DNA from: a virus
Lineage: Duplodnaviria; Caudoviricetes
Direction: 5' to 3' (one strand)
IMG/VR virus record: IMGVR_UViG_3300013426_000029
Span: 27,134 to 91,133 of that record
DNA length: 64,000 nucleotides
In this document: positions 9,601-19,012 of the stretch, in pieces
Numbering within the stretch: the first letter of the stretch is position 1
Layout: each line of letters opens with the position of its first letter
The notes under the pieces: model-generated
Seen by the model: the letters and a program-made list of their open reading frames with translations, nothing else
The model's database searches: none
What the model was told of the DNA's origin: nothing
Position numbers and translations under genes: made by a program

Positions 9601-12600
9601 ATATAACTAAACGAGACGGATCGATTGAAAAATTTGATATTAATAAAATTATTAATGCTGTAAGTAAAGCATATAAATCAGAAGGATATACTATTAATGA
9701 TGATATTATAGATGAATTAAAAAATCTTACTACTACATATATTTCAGATAATATTTCAGTAGAAAAAATACAAGATGAAGTAGAGCAAATTTTAATGGAT
9801 AATGCTCCTTTTGATGTAACTAAAGCATATATTACATATAGAGAAAAACATAAACAATCAAGACTTATTAGAGAAAGAATTGATTATATGAATAAATATA
9901 GTCAATCAAACGATAATGCTGCATCTTCTAGTGAAACTGATGGTAATTCTAATGTTACCATTAAAAATGTAGCTAATCTTGAAGGGGAAGTATATAAAAC
10001 TACTAATAGAATCATTCAAAGACAACGAATGAAAGATAAGTTAAATGAAATGTTTCCAGAAGTAGCTAAACAATATGAAGAAGATTTAAATCATCATATT
10101 ATATATACGCACGATGAAGCTAGTACTCCTGTTTTAAAGAATTATTGTATGGCAGTATCTTTATATCCTTTAATAGAATATGGTACTTCTACAATGGATG
10201 GATTAAAGGCTTCTGCTCCTAAAAACTTAGATAGCTTTTGTGGCCAATTTGTTAATCTTGTATTCTTATTAAGTTCTCAATGTAAAGGAGCTGTTGGGTT
10301 TGGAGAGTTCTTTAATTTCTTTGATTATTATTGTGCTAAAGAATGGGGGCCTAATTATCATCTTAAAGAAGATATAATTGTAGATACAGATTATGTAGTT
10401 AATCCAAAAACTATTGGTCAAAAAATAGAACAATATTTTCAACAAGTGGTCTATTCATTAAATCAACCAGCAGGTAATAGATCATATCAATCCCCATTTA
10501 CTAACTTTAATTATTTTGACAGTAATTATTGGCATAGTTTATTTGATGATTTCTGTTTTCCTGATGGTAGTAAACCTGTATGGGAAAGAGTAGATTTTCT
10601 TCAAAGAAAATTTATGAATTGGTTTAATGAGGAAAGAACTAAAACTTTACTTACATATCCTGTAGAATCTATGTGTTTATTACATGATGGTAAAGATGTA
10701 ATTGATAAATCATATAAAGATTTAGCTGCTGAAATGTGGTCTAAAGGGCATAGTTTCTTTGTGTACTTATCTGATAATCCAGATGCGGTTGCAAGTTGCT
10801 GTTTTAGCAAGGATACTAAATTTTTATGGAAATCTTCTACAAGTGGGGTTCATATTAGTACCTTTAAAGAATTTCTTGATCTTCCCTATAAACAAACGAA
10901 AGAAAATTTTAAAGTATTTCATAATGGTTCATGGATAAAAGGTAAAATAATTTCTCTTCCAAATAGACAAATGTATAAAGTTATCACTTATAATAATAAA
11001 GAATTTATTATGAGTGATAATCATATTAATGTTACGTATGATGGAGAAAAAAGAACAAAAGATTTAACAACAGATGATTATCTTATGTTCAATACTTCGA
11101 CACTTTCACCTGTTACAGAAAATAACGAACATTTAACTTATGAACAAGGTTTGTTAATAGGGTTATTCTTAGGTGATGGAACCTTTGGAAATTATGTATG
11201 TCTTGATGGTAGTGTTCATAGTTTTCAACTCTCTCTAAATAAAGAAAAATGGGAAAAAGTACAAAACCATTTATCAAAAATTGGAGATTTTAGATTAGGT
11301 ACTATATATAATAATGTATATCCTATTCATTGTTATAATAAAGAATTAACTACATTTATAGCGAAATGGACTGGTAATGAACCTAATAAGACTTCTGCTT
11401 TAAATAAATCTTTAAATCTAGATTGTTTTTTACAGTCAGTAGAATTTAGGAGAGGTATTCTTGATGGTTGGTATATTACAGATGGAGGTAATTCAAATAG
11501 ATGCTATACTATAAGCAAACATTTGGTTGAAAGAATGGAAGCTTTATGTACTACATTAGGGTTGCAAACTATACTTAATATATCAGATAGGACAGATGAA
11601 GCTGTAATTATTAGAGGCCAAGAATTTAACAGAAATTACCCATTATATTGTCTTAGATGGTATGTTGATGCTAATCATAGATGCAATAAAACTAAAGATA
11701 AATCTTGGAAGAAAAAGAATAATAGTATATATTGGAAAATTAAATCCATAGAGCCAATAGAATATAAAGATAATATATATTGTGTTCAATGTGATAATCA
11801 AGATGAACCCTATTTTACATTACCTAATGGGTTAATTACTCATAACTGTAGATTGAGGAATGAAGTAGTTAATAATACTTTTAGTTCAACTACTGGACTT
11901 ACGGGTGTACAAACAGGTTCAGTTAATGTAATTACTCTTAACTTAAATAGAATAGTACAAGATTGGTATAAAGAATATAATAAATCAAAAGATAAGTTTG
12001 ATTTAGATACTTTGAAACCCAGTTTTAAAGCTTATTTATTAAAGATTCTTGAAAGAGTTTATAAATATCAAGTAGCTTATAAAACAATGTTGTTTGAACT
12101 TGAGAAACAAGGTATGCTTACTGCTTCAAAGGCTGGATATATTTCAATGAAGAAACTATTTTCTACTATTGGTGTAAATGGTTTTAATGAAATGGCGCAG
12201 TTTATGGGGTTAAAAGTAAGTAATAATGAACAATATAAAGACTTTATTGCTTATGTATTTAACATTATATCTACTTTTTGTAAAGAAAAATCTACAAAGG
12301 ATTATCTCTTTAATCTAGAAGTAGTGCCAGCAGAAAGCTTAGGTTCAAAAAATTATAATTGGGATAAGAAAGATGGTTATATTGTGCCAAATAATGAAGT
12401 ATTGTATAATTCTTATATATACGATGCACACGATCCTAATACTTCTGTTCTAGATAAGTTTGTATTACAAGGAGGTAAAGTAGCAAAAGCATCATCTGGA
12501 GGACAAGCACTTCATTGTAATCTAGAAGACCATTTAAGCAAAGAGCAATATCTTAAACTTATAGACTTTGCTATACAGAAAGGTACATCATATTTCACTT

Positions 12601-12791
12601 TTAATATTCCAAATAGTCAATGTGATAATTGTGGTTTTATTACTAAGCACCCAATAAAAAAATGCCCTATGTGTGGTAGTAATAATATTACTCAGTGGAC
12701 AAGGACAATTGGATACTTAAGACCAATTAAAGCTATGGATTATTATAGACAAATAGAAGCAAATAACAGAGTATACAGTAAAACAATTTAA
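9597..12791 (+). CDS. nrdD: Anaerobic (class III) ribonucleoside-triphosphate reductase with ATP cone; contains an intein
   Basis: ITKRDG ATP cone, IYTHD, SCCR after splicing, PAES, CxxC..CxxC Zn site, RTIGYL glycyl-radical motif. Confidence 0.95.
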   Translation: MNITKRDGSIEKFDINKIINAVSKAYKSEGYTINDDIIDELKNLTTTYISDNISVEKIQDEVEQILMDNAPFDVTKAYITYREKHKQSRLIRERIDYMNKYSQSNDNAASSSETDGNSNVTIKNVANLEGEVYKTTNRIIQRQRMKDKLNEMFPEVAKQYEEDLNHHIIYTHDEASTPVLKNYCMAVSLYPLIEYGTSTMDGLKASAPKNLDSFCGQFVNLVFLLSSQCKGAVGFGEFFNFFDYYCAKEWGPNYHLKEDIIVDTDYVVNPKTIGQKIEQYFQQVVYSLNQPAGNRSYQSPFTNFNYFDSNYWHSLFDDFCFPDGSKPVWERVDFLQRKFMNWFNEERTKTLLTYPVESMCLLHDGKDVIDKSYKDLAAEMWSKGHSFFVYLSDNPDAVASCCFSKDTKFLWKSSTSGVHISTFKEFLDLPYKQTKENFKVFHNGSWIKGKIISLPNRQMYKVITYNNKEFIMSDNHINVTYDGEKRTKDLTTDDYLMFNTSTLSPVTENNEHLTYEQGLLIGLFLGDGTFGNYVCLDGSVHSFQLSLNKEKWEKVQNHLSKIGDFRLGTIYNNVYPIHCYNKELTTFIAKWTGNEPNKTSALNKSLNLDCFLQSVEFRRGILDGWYITDGGNSNRCYTISKHLVERMEALCTTLGLQTILNISDRTDEAVIIRGQEFNRNYPLYCLRWYVDANHRCNKTKDKSWKKKNNSIYWKIKSIEPIEYKDNIYCVQCDNQDEPYFTLPNGLITHNCRLRNEVVNNTFSSTTGLTGVQTGSVNVITLNLNRIVQDWYKEYNKSKDKFDLDTLKPSFKAYLLKILERVYKYQVAYKTMLFELEKQGMLTASKAGYISMKKLFSTIGVNGFNEMAQFMGLKVSNNEQYKDFIAYVFNIISTFCKEKSTKDYLFNLEVVPAESLGSKNYNWDKKDGYIVPNNEVLYNSYIYDAHDPNTSVLDKFVLQGGKVAKASSGGQALHCNLEDHLSKEQYLKLIDFAIQKGTSYFTFNIPNSQCDNCGFITKHPIKKCPMCGSNNITQWTRTIGYLRPIKAMDYYRQIEANNRVYSKTI
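10800..11846 (+). mobile_element. Intein (349 aa) with LAGLIDADG homing endonuclease
   Basis: Starts CFSKDT, ends GLITHN followed by Cys(+1); internal LIGLFLGDG and ILDGWYITDG motifs. Confidence 0.93.
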
Positions 12792-12797
12792 TAACTT

Positions 12798-12818
12798 AGG
12801 TCTGATATCAGACCTTTT
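12798..12818 (+). terminator. 18-bp palindrome after nrdD, possible weak terminator
   Basis: AGGTCTGATATCAGACCT perfect palindrome followed by TTT. Confidence 0.4.
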
Positions 12819-13058
12819 ATGTTATATATGATAGATATTATATTAACTTATTCTGATTGTGTAATAAAATTATACAATGCAGATATAATAGCTATAGAAG
12901 ATAATAAAGTTTATATAACTACTTCTGTAAATGTAGCGTTTAAGAATAGTATTACAGAAGAATTTAAAGAATATAAATTAAATGAATTAGATCAATGTAA
13001 AAAGATTTATGAAGATGAATATTTATTTAATTATCCTATTAGAATTCAAATACTTTAA
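12819..13058 (+). CDS. Hypothetical protein
   Basis: ORF in operon. Confidence 0.55.
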   Translation: MLYMIDIILTYSDCVIKLYNADIIAIEDNKVYITTSVNVAFKNSITEEFKEYKLNELDQCKKIYEDEYLFNYPIRIQIL

Positions 13059-13061
13059 TTT

Positions 13062-13625
13062 ATGATATTTTATCAAGTAAATAGTGACTATCGTATTTTT
13101 GATTATCTTATTAATAATGGTATTACTAAGTATGTATTTATTGATAAAGAATCAAAAGATTATGAAACTAGGATGATTTTTAAAGAATATAATAAGAATA
13201 TAAATTCTTATATATTTGAATCAGACAATGAAAAAGTAAGTATTCCTAAAGAAGAAATTAATAAAAGAGTTCCTTGTGGTAGACTTATTGTAAAAATACC
13301 TATACTTTGTTTGGGTGATTGGATTGCAGTTAAGAAAGATAAAGGAGTTGTATATACAAGAATAGATACTCCAAAAGATATTAATTTTTATTCTAATTCC
13401 GTTAATTGGAGAGTTCTTACAGATAAAGAACTTGAAGATTGTAGAAAATCTTGGAGAGTAAATACTATAATGTGTAAGACTATTGGAGACTTTAGAAATC
13501 TTAGAACTTATACAGATTTATTTACTAATGATATTCCTGTTAAAGTAGAAATAGAAGGTAAAGAATATGAAATATCTTCAGTTACACTTACAGAAAATGA
13601 TATTACAATCAAAGTTAATCAATAA
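13062..13625 (+). CDS. Hypothetical protein
   Basis: 187-aa ORF, TAATG coupling to next gene. Confidence 0.7.
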   Translation: MIFYQVNSDYRIFDYLINNGITKYVFIDKESKDYETRMIFKEYNKNINSYIFESDNEKVSIPKEEINKRVPCGRLIVKIPILCLGDWIAVKKDKGVVYTRIDTPKDINFYSNSVNWRVLTDKELEDCRKSWRVNTIMCKTIGDFRNLRTYTDLFTNDIPVKVEIEGKEYEISSVTLTENDITIKVNQ

Positions 13626-13945
13626 TGAAATTATTTGATATAGAAACTACAGAAGAAAATCTCCTATCTTTATATCCAAAAATAGGAGATTGTTATAAAT
13701 CTACTGATGGTAGTAAACATTATATTAAAGTACTTAATATATATGATAAAATAATAGAATATCAATGGATTACTATCTGGAAAGATTCTAACTCTATAAG
13801 TATTGAAGTAAGTCAAACTCGAAGATTATTTATGGAAAAAGATAATCCAAATAGTTTTGTATATCCTATTATTTGTAATTTAGTAGAATATATTCCTACT
13901 GAAGAATATGATAAAATATATAATAAAATTAAAGCTTTGTGTTAA
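13625..13945 (+). CDS. Hypothetical protein
   Basis: 106-aa ORF. Confidence 0.65.
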   Translation: MKLFDIETTEENLLSLYPKIGDCYKSTDGSKHYIKVLNIYDKIIEYQWITIWKDSNSISIEVSQTRRLFMEKDNPNSFVYPIICNLVEYIPTEEYDKIYNKIKALC

Positions 13946-14058
13946 TACTTATTTATAGTATAATTATAATAAAAGATACTGATATTTATAATACATTATT
14001 TAGCTTTTTAGAATAAGCACAAAAAATATATAAACAGCAGGGAAAAGATAAACTTATT

Positions 14059-14250
14059 ATGTTTGCTAGTCATATTAGAGATTATAATCTGCTTCCTAAT
14101 ACTAAAGAGTTCTTCAATACTTACTCTACAGAGTCTTTAATAGAGTATAGAAATGCTCTATTAGATATAAAAATGTGTTTAGATAAGTATCTTGATGATA
14201 ATAAACTATACAATTTTAATCATGTTAAAAACAACAGTAAAAACAACTAA
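14059..14250 (+). CDS. Hypothetical protein, possibly 5'-truncated
   Basis: Frame stays open upstream except one TAA at 14014-14016. Confidence 0.45.
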   Translation: MFASHIRDYNLLPNTKEFFNTYSTESLIEYRNALLDIKMCLDKYLDDNKLYNFNHVKNNSKNN

Positions 14251-14392
14251 GAAAGCTTCTTTAGATTTATTAAATAGAATTAATACATATCTATTTGAGC
14301 AGGAATATGATGAATTATCTGGAGTTAAACAAACAGATATTAAAAAACTTAAAGATGCTGCTAAAGTATTAGTTAATATTATAAAGAAGTAA
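14222..14392 (+). CDS. Small hypothetical protein (MLKTTVKTTKK…)
   Basis: Track ORF 14192-14392; ATG 14222 likely. Confidence 0.55.
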   Translation: MLKTTVKTTKKASLDLLNRINTYLFEQEYDELSGVKQTDIKKLKDAAKVLVNIIKK

Positions 14393-14410
14393 ATGTTACT
14401 AACCATTTCT

Positions 14411-14458
14411 ACCATATTATTCTCAATATTTTTATTGGGAGTAATATGGTTTTGTTTT
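14411..14458 (+). terminator. Possible intrinsic terminator
   Basis: TTATTCTCAAT/ATTGGGAGTAA stem with G-U pairs and a T-rich tail in an intergenic gap. Confidence 0.4.
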
Positions 14459-14462
14459 AATA

Positions 14463-14876
14463 ATGAAGACTAAAAAATTAATTCTTAAAAATACTTTTAG
14501 TACAGGTAATCATGGTTGGGGTAATGGGTATGTAGCTGTACCTCCAGAACATCCTTTATATGGTAAATCATATACGGATGAAGATTATCCCGATTTTAAT
14601 GTACATGGTGGTATTACATTTACAGAACCTGTTATTTACAATGAAATTACCTTTGTAAGTAAAACTAAAATTAGAGAGAAATATATAGGTAAGAGAGCAT
14701 ATCAACTACAATATGGTATTAGTCTTGATGGTGAAATACCTGATAATTGGTGGCTAATAGGATTTGATACTTGTCATAGTAATGATACTAATCTTAATTG
14801 GCCTAAAGAAAGAGTTATTAATGAAACTAATTATTTACAAAAAAGAATAAATAATTTATTTAATAAAAATGAATAG
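14463..14876 (+). CDS. Conserved phage hypothetical protein
   Basis: GYVAVPPEHPLYG, VHGGITF, WLIGFDTCH motifs of a widespread phage family; ends in TAG with TGA two codons later. Confidence 0.75.
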   Translation: MKTKKLILKNTFSTGNHGWGNGYVAVPPEHPLYGKSYTDEDYPDFNVHGGITFTEPVIYNEITFVSKTKIREKYIGKRAYQLQYGISLDGEIPDNWWLIGFDTCHSNDTNLNWPKERVINETNYLQKRINNLFNKNE

Positions 14877-15048
14877 TACTGAAGAATTAGTTATAATGGA
14901 TTACAATACAGGGAGTATTATTATTTGTAAAAACCCACCAGAAGATAAAAATACAGAAGAAATTCTAAAACATTTAGGCTTAGATATTAATAATTGTACT
15001 GTTATGTTCTGTAATAACCCAAAAATTAATTACGTGAACTATGATTAA
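14869..15048 (+). CDS. Small hypothetical protein (MNSTEELVIMDYNTG…, 59 aa)
   Basis: ATG to TAA ORF missing from the track; resembles 3012-3209. Confidence 0.6.
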   Translation: MNSTEELVIMDYNTGSIIICKNPPEDKNTEEILKHLGLDINNCTVMFCNNPKINYVNYD

Positions 15049-15057
15049 TATAAAATT

Positions 15058-15348
15058 ATGGATATAAAAGATAACATTAAAGAATTTATCCAGAAAAGGA
15101 AAGATAGAAAACTATATAACAAAATAGCTAAATTTGATAAGAATAATATAAAAGAAATAATTCTTGAACAAATTGAAGATATTTGTGCAGATAGCTATGA
15201 CGATGGTTATGAAGAAGGTTTTATGAAAGGTATGGAAATTGTAGCTCAATATATAGATTCACTATATGATACAAAGGATTCTTCTAAATCTGATATTATA
15301 TTAAAAGAATTAAAAAACCTCCTAAAAAAATTAAACAATAATGAATAA
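15058..15348 (+). CDS. Hypothetical protein
   Basis: ORF in operon. Confidence 0.65.
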   Translation: MDIKDNIKEFIQKRKDRKLYNKIAKFDKNNIKEIILEQIEDICADSYDDGYEEGFMKGMEIVAQYIDSLYDTKDSSKSDIILKELKNLLKKLNNNE

Positions 15349-15574
15349 TATAGAGTTCAGTAAAACCGATTCTGAAGCATATAATTGGATTGTAAATAAT
15401 CTTGATAAGCTTTCAGATAAAGACTTTACAAAAGTTCAAAATATAATGACCAGACTTTATAATATCGATTCTAGATTATCAATGCTTAAAGCATTAGAAT
15501 ACAATCTATCCCATAGTGCAATTAAAGTATTAGTTAATCTTAAAAACGAATATAATAATTTAAAGAATAAATGA
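15341..15574 (+). CDS. Hypothetical protein
   Basis: ORF overlapping neighbours. Confidence 0.6.
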   Translation: MNNIEFSKTDSEAYNWIVNNLDKLSDKDFTKVQNIMTRLYNIDSRLSMLKALEYNLSHSAIKVLVNLKNEYNNLKNK

Positions 15575-15951
15575 GCATAGACGAACAAATTAAGATTTTA
15601 CAAGCCTATAAGAACGGCAAGCTAATTGAAATAGAAGTCTTTGATAATGGATATTATTTATGGATAACATTGAATTCTGATAAAGATTATACCTTTGATT
15701 TCAGGAATAATAACTATCGTATTAAGCAAAAACCTAAAATTCGTCCTTATAAAGATGCTAAAGAATTCTTAGAAGCAAGTAAGGAACATGGGCTATTCAT
15801 TGATACCTCTCCCCTTCAGTTGAGCAACTGCTACAACTTACCTATTTATGTAAGTCCTGACGGTGTGAGGTTTGTTCATAGAGCATATTCGTTTTCAGAG
15901 ATAAAGAAATATCATTGGCAAGATGGTACGCCCTGTGGAATTGTTGAATAA
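15571..15951 (+). CDS. Conserved phage hypothetical protein
   Basis: IKILQAYKNGK..E, FDF...YRIK, DGTPCG motifs as seen in Bacteroidota phage proteins. Confidence 0.7.
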   Translation: MSIDEQIKILQAYKNGKLIEIEVFDNGYYLWITLNSDKDYTFDFRNNNYRIKQKPKIRPYKDAKEFLEASKEHGLFIDTSPLQLSNCYNLPIYVSPDGVRFVHRAYSFSEIKKYHWQDGTPCGIVE

Positions 15952-16210
15952 TAAATTAATTAAAGATGGTTATAAACTATTATTAGATACTCCTACTATA
16001 CATATTTATTATAAGTGGTTTGATAATCTTAAAGTAGAAATTATAATAGAAGATGAAACTGAAGAATGTGCAAAAGATATTAGATGTCATATTGATGATG
16101 ATAAAGGTATATCTTTAGGAGATTTAACAGTTAATAACTATAAAGAATGTAAGAGATTTATTAAATTTGTATCTGAACTAATTAAAGATAGAAATGCTGA
16201 AATACACTGA
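15923..16210 (+). CDS. Hypothetical protein (start uncertain)
   Basis: ORF in operon. Confidence 0.55.
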   Translation: MVRPVELLNNKLIKDGYKLLLDTPTIHIYYKWFDNLKVEIIIEDETEECAKDIRCHIDDDKGISLGDLTVNNYKECKRFIKFVSELIKDRNAEIH

Positions 16211-16667
16211 TAGTCAAGTTACATTTAGCGAAGTACCAGATGAAATATCTTTATGTATTAATATAAGTAATTGTCCTAATAATTGTCCAGGATGCCACTC
16301 TAGCTACTTAAAGAATGATATTGGTACTTTATTAAGTAAAGAAGAATTATCTCGTCTTATAGAAACTAATCAAGGAATTAGTTGTGTCTGTATTATGGGA
16401 GGAGATTCAGAGCCTAAAGAAGTAAATAACATAGCTAAATTTATTAGAGATAAATATAAGCTTAAAACTACTTGGTATAGTGGCAATACTGAATTAAGTA
16501 AAGATATAGATATTAGTAATTTCGATTTTATTAAGATTGGGCCTTATGATAGAAATAAAGGCCCATTGAATAATCCTAATACTAATCAAAAGTTTTATGA
16601 AGTAGTTACTATGTCTACTGGTAAACAAAAACTTCATGATATAACATTTAAATTTTGGAGAAAATGA
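16194..16667 (+). CDS. nrdG: Anaerobic RNR activating enzyme (radical SAM)
   Basis: CPNNCPGCH (CxxxCxxC), MGG, KIGPY, TNQ motifs; nrdD in the same arm. Confidence 0.92.
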   Translation: MLKYTDSQVTFSEVPDEISLCINISNCPNNCPGCHSSYLKNDIGTLLSKEELSRLIETNQGISCVCIMGGDSEPKEVNNIAKFIRDKYKLKTTWYSGNTELSKDIDISNFDFIKIGPYDRNKGPLNNPNTNQKFYEVVTMSTGKQKLHDITFKFWRK

Positions 16668-16807
16668 CATTTATAATTCATTTTAAAGACGGTCATAGAG
16701 AGCAATATTCTAATCGATATGATGAGGATGATGAACAAGAAAGAGATGCTGCATGGGATGATGTATATATGACATTCCCAGAAGCTGATTATATTGAATC
16801 TTTTTAA
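16664..16807 (+). CDS. Small acidic hypothetical protein (MTFIIHFKDGHREQ…, 47 aa)
   Basis: ATGA overlap with nrdG stop; TAA at 16805-16807. Confidence 0.6.
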   Translation: MTFIIHFKDGHREQYSNRYDEDDEQERDAAWDDVYMTFPEADYIESF

Positions 16808-16809
16808 TT

Positions 16810-17022
16810 ATGATAGAGATTAAAAGACTTGATGGTTGGAAATTAAATCCTAATGATAGAGTAGTTAATGCTATTCTGCGTAGAGCTGAAAAGAATAATG
16901 GAATCTGTCCTTGTATTCATACTACACCAGAATATAAAGGTAAAGATTTACATTGTCCTTGTACAGATTATACAGAAAGAAATAATTGTATTTGTGGTTT
17001 ATATATAAAAGATGGGAACTAA
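16810..17022 (+). CDS. Ferredoxin:thioredoxin reductase catalytic-subunit-like [4Fe-4S] protein
   Basis: LNP, CPC…CPC…CICGLY cysteine pattern of the FTR catalytic chain. Confidence 0.8.
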   Translation: MIEIKRLDGWKLNPNDRVVNAILRRAEKNNGICPCIHTTPEYKGKDLHCPCTDYTERNNCICGLYIKDGN

Positions 17023-17485
17023 TTTTTATTTAAAAAGAAAAATAAACGAATCTACTAAAAAAGTTCTTAAAGATTGTATTGATAAAGATGATATAGATAC
17101 AGTAAGAAGTATTCTTAATGATTATAAAGATATTCATATAGGTAAAAGAAGTGCTGGTTGGAAATTCTTATGGGATGCTCATTATTTTAAATATTTTGAA
17201 CCAAATAAAGATAGTATTTTAAGATGGTTAATGTCTGGAATAATTTATGACGAATACGGAAGAACATTTGATATAAATGACTTTCTTTATAAAGAATTAG
17301 ATGGCTTTATAGATAAAGGATATGATATAGAAAGCTTTTATAATAAAGAAACTCCTAATTATAGTTTAGATTCAAATATAAAGGAATTTAAAAGAAGGGT
17401 TAGTGATAAATATCCTGCTATAAATAAGTATGGAGAATTTTATATTGATAATTTAAGGTTTACTGTAAATGAAGATTTTTCTTAA
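17012..17485 (+). CDS. Conserved phage hypothetical protein
   Basis: MGTNFY, HIGKRSAGWKF, IYDEYG motifs. Confidence 0.7.
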   Translation: MGTNFYLKRKINESTKKVLKDCIDKDDIDTVRSILNDYKDIHIGKRSAGWKFLWDAHYFKYFEPNKDSILRWLMSGIIYDEYGRTFDINDFLYKELDGFIDKGYDIESFYNKETPNYSLDSNIKEFKRRVSDKYPAINKYGEFYIDNLRFTVNEDFS

Positions 17486-17487
17486 AT

Positions 17488-17730
17488 ATGAAAACTAAAT
17501 TAGTAAATATTAAAGTAACTGTACCTATTGATACAGATTTCTATATAGAAGTTTCTGAAAAAGAAACTAAAGAAAATATAATTGAACGTGCTAAGCAAGA
17601 AGTAAAATTTCCAACAGAATATCCTTTTATATTAGATAAGTATCTTAAAAGAAGAGGTATTAATATTGTTGGATTGGATAGTATGTTAAAATCTTGGAAT
17701 CTTGGGGAAGTAAAGTATGAAGTCATTTAA
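17488..17730 (+). CDS. Hypothetical protein
   Basis: ORF in operon. Confidence 0.6.
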   Translation: MKTKLVNIKVTVPIDTDFYIEVSEKETKENIIERAKQEVKFPTEYPFILDKYLKRRGINIVGLDSMLKSWNLGEVKYEVI

Positions 17731-18018
17731 TATTATTATAGAAGATAATGGGATATTCAAATCATACAATATAATTCCTACTTTATTAAAAGTATGTAAG
17801 AATATAAAGATTTAAAGGTAAAGTAGAAAAAAAGATTGATGTATATGATCAAGTGATAATGAATCTTGATATAATTGTTGATATATTAAAAGAAGAGCTT
17901 AATGAATGAATTTCAATATTATGTTTAATAATATTTATATTCTTTCTAGATTATAGAGTTGAAAGAAGAATTAAGTTTTTAGAAAATGATATTGAAGAAC
18001 TTAAAGAAAAAATAAATA

Positions 18019-18354
18019 ATGAAGATAAACTTTAATTATAAATTTAAAATTAAGAATCCTGTAGTAATATGTTATATAAGTATTGCTAGTTCTAGATTTT
18101 ATCTTACTGCTAGAGCAAAAGCATTTTGTTCTGAACATGATTCTTTTAATATTGAAAAAGGTAAAGAACTAGCTTTAGCTAGAGCTAAAGAATTAGTAAT
18201 AAAGAAAAGCATCAAAAAACTTCACAGGGATAGAATTAAACTTAATAAATCTAGATTTACGTTAGATTCAGATATATTAGATATGTATCGTATGTCTGAC
18301 TCTATCAATAAACACAGAACTAATATTGAACATAATTATGGGTTGGAGTACTGA
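18019..18354 (+). CDS. Hypothetical protein
   Basis: A.A.CS.HD.FN.EKGK.LA..RA motif common in phage proteins. Confidence 0.65.
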   Translation: MKINFNYKFKIKNPVVICYISIASSRFYLTARAKAFCSEHDSFNIEKGKELALARAKELVIKKSIKKLHRDRIKLNKSRFTLDSDILDMYRMSDSINKHRTNIEHNYGLEY

Positions 18355-18748
18355 ATTATTTTGTAATATATCCTTTAATAAGGAAACTTTTAGTAGTAAG
18401 TTTGAAGTAGAAGATAAAATTGATGAAATCAAACAATATATACAAACTTGTAAAGATACATTACGGGATTTAGCAATAATGACCGAACCTGAAAAGATGT
18501 TTAATAAAACAGAAGATAAACCAATTTATTATTGTGTATCAGATGAGTTTGAATCTCAATTTAGTCTGCTCCAAGAATATTATGTAGATTTATACAAATT
18601 AGAATTACTTTTAGATAATTGGGATAATTGTCATACTAAGGATGGTTTAGCAATAGATCCTCCAGATAATATTCATTGGGACACAGCTTATCTTAGCGGT
18701 GATTTTATTAAAAGTGCAAAATATCCTAATAGATCTGATAAGTTTTAA
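18338..18748 (+). CDS. Hypothetical protein (MGWSTELF…)
   Basis: Track ORF 18326-18748; ATG 18338 likely. Confidence 0.65.
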   Translation: MGWSTELFCNISFNKETFSSKFEVEDKIDEIKQYIQTCKDTLRDLAIMTEPEKMFNKTEDKPIYYCVSDEFESQFSLLQEYYVDLYKLELLLDNWDNCHTKDGLAIDPPDNIHWDTAYLSGDFIKSAKYPNRSDKF

Positions 18749-18788
18749 TAGATTATATTGATTTTTACTTTTTAAATATTTTTTAATT

Positions 18789-19007
18789 ATGAACAAGAAT
18801 TTGATTGATATTGAAGACGTAATTGATGATGTAACAATTATAGATGATGAAAATATAATTGACGATTACGAGGATATTCCTGATGGTTTAGAACCAGATT
18901 TGATTGGCGATGAAAATTATGACCCTGAAGATGTTAATGAATATCTTATAAATAAGGTAGAACAAGAAGAACTTATTAATTCTTCAAGGAATGATATAGA
19001 TTTCTAA
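18789..19007 (+). CDS. Highly acidic small protein
   Basis: 26 of 72 residues are D/E and only 3 are K/R. Confidence 0.65.
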   Translation: MNKNLIDIEDVIDDVTIIDDENIIDDYEDIPDGLEPDLIGDENYDPEDVNEYLINKVEQEELINSSRNDIDF

Positions 19008-19012
19008 TAAAA

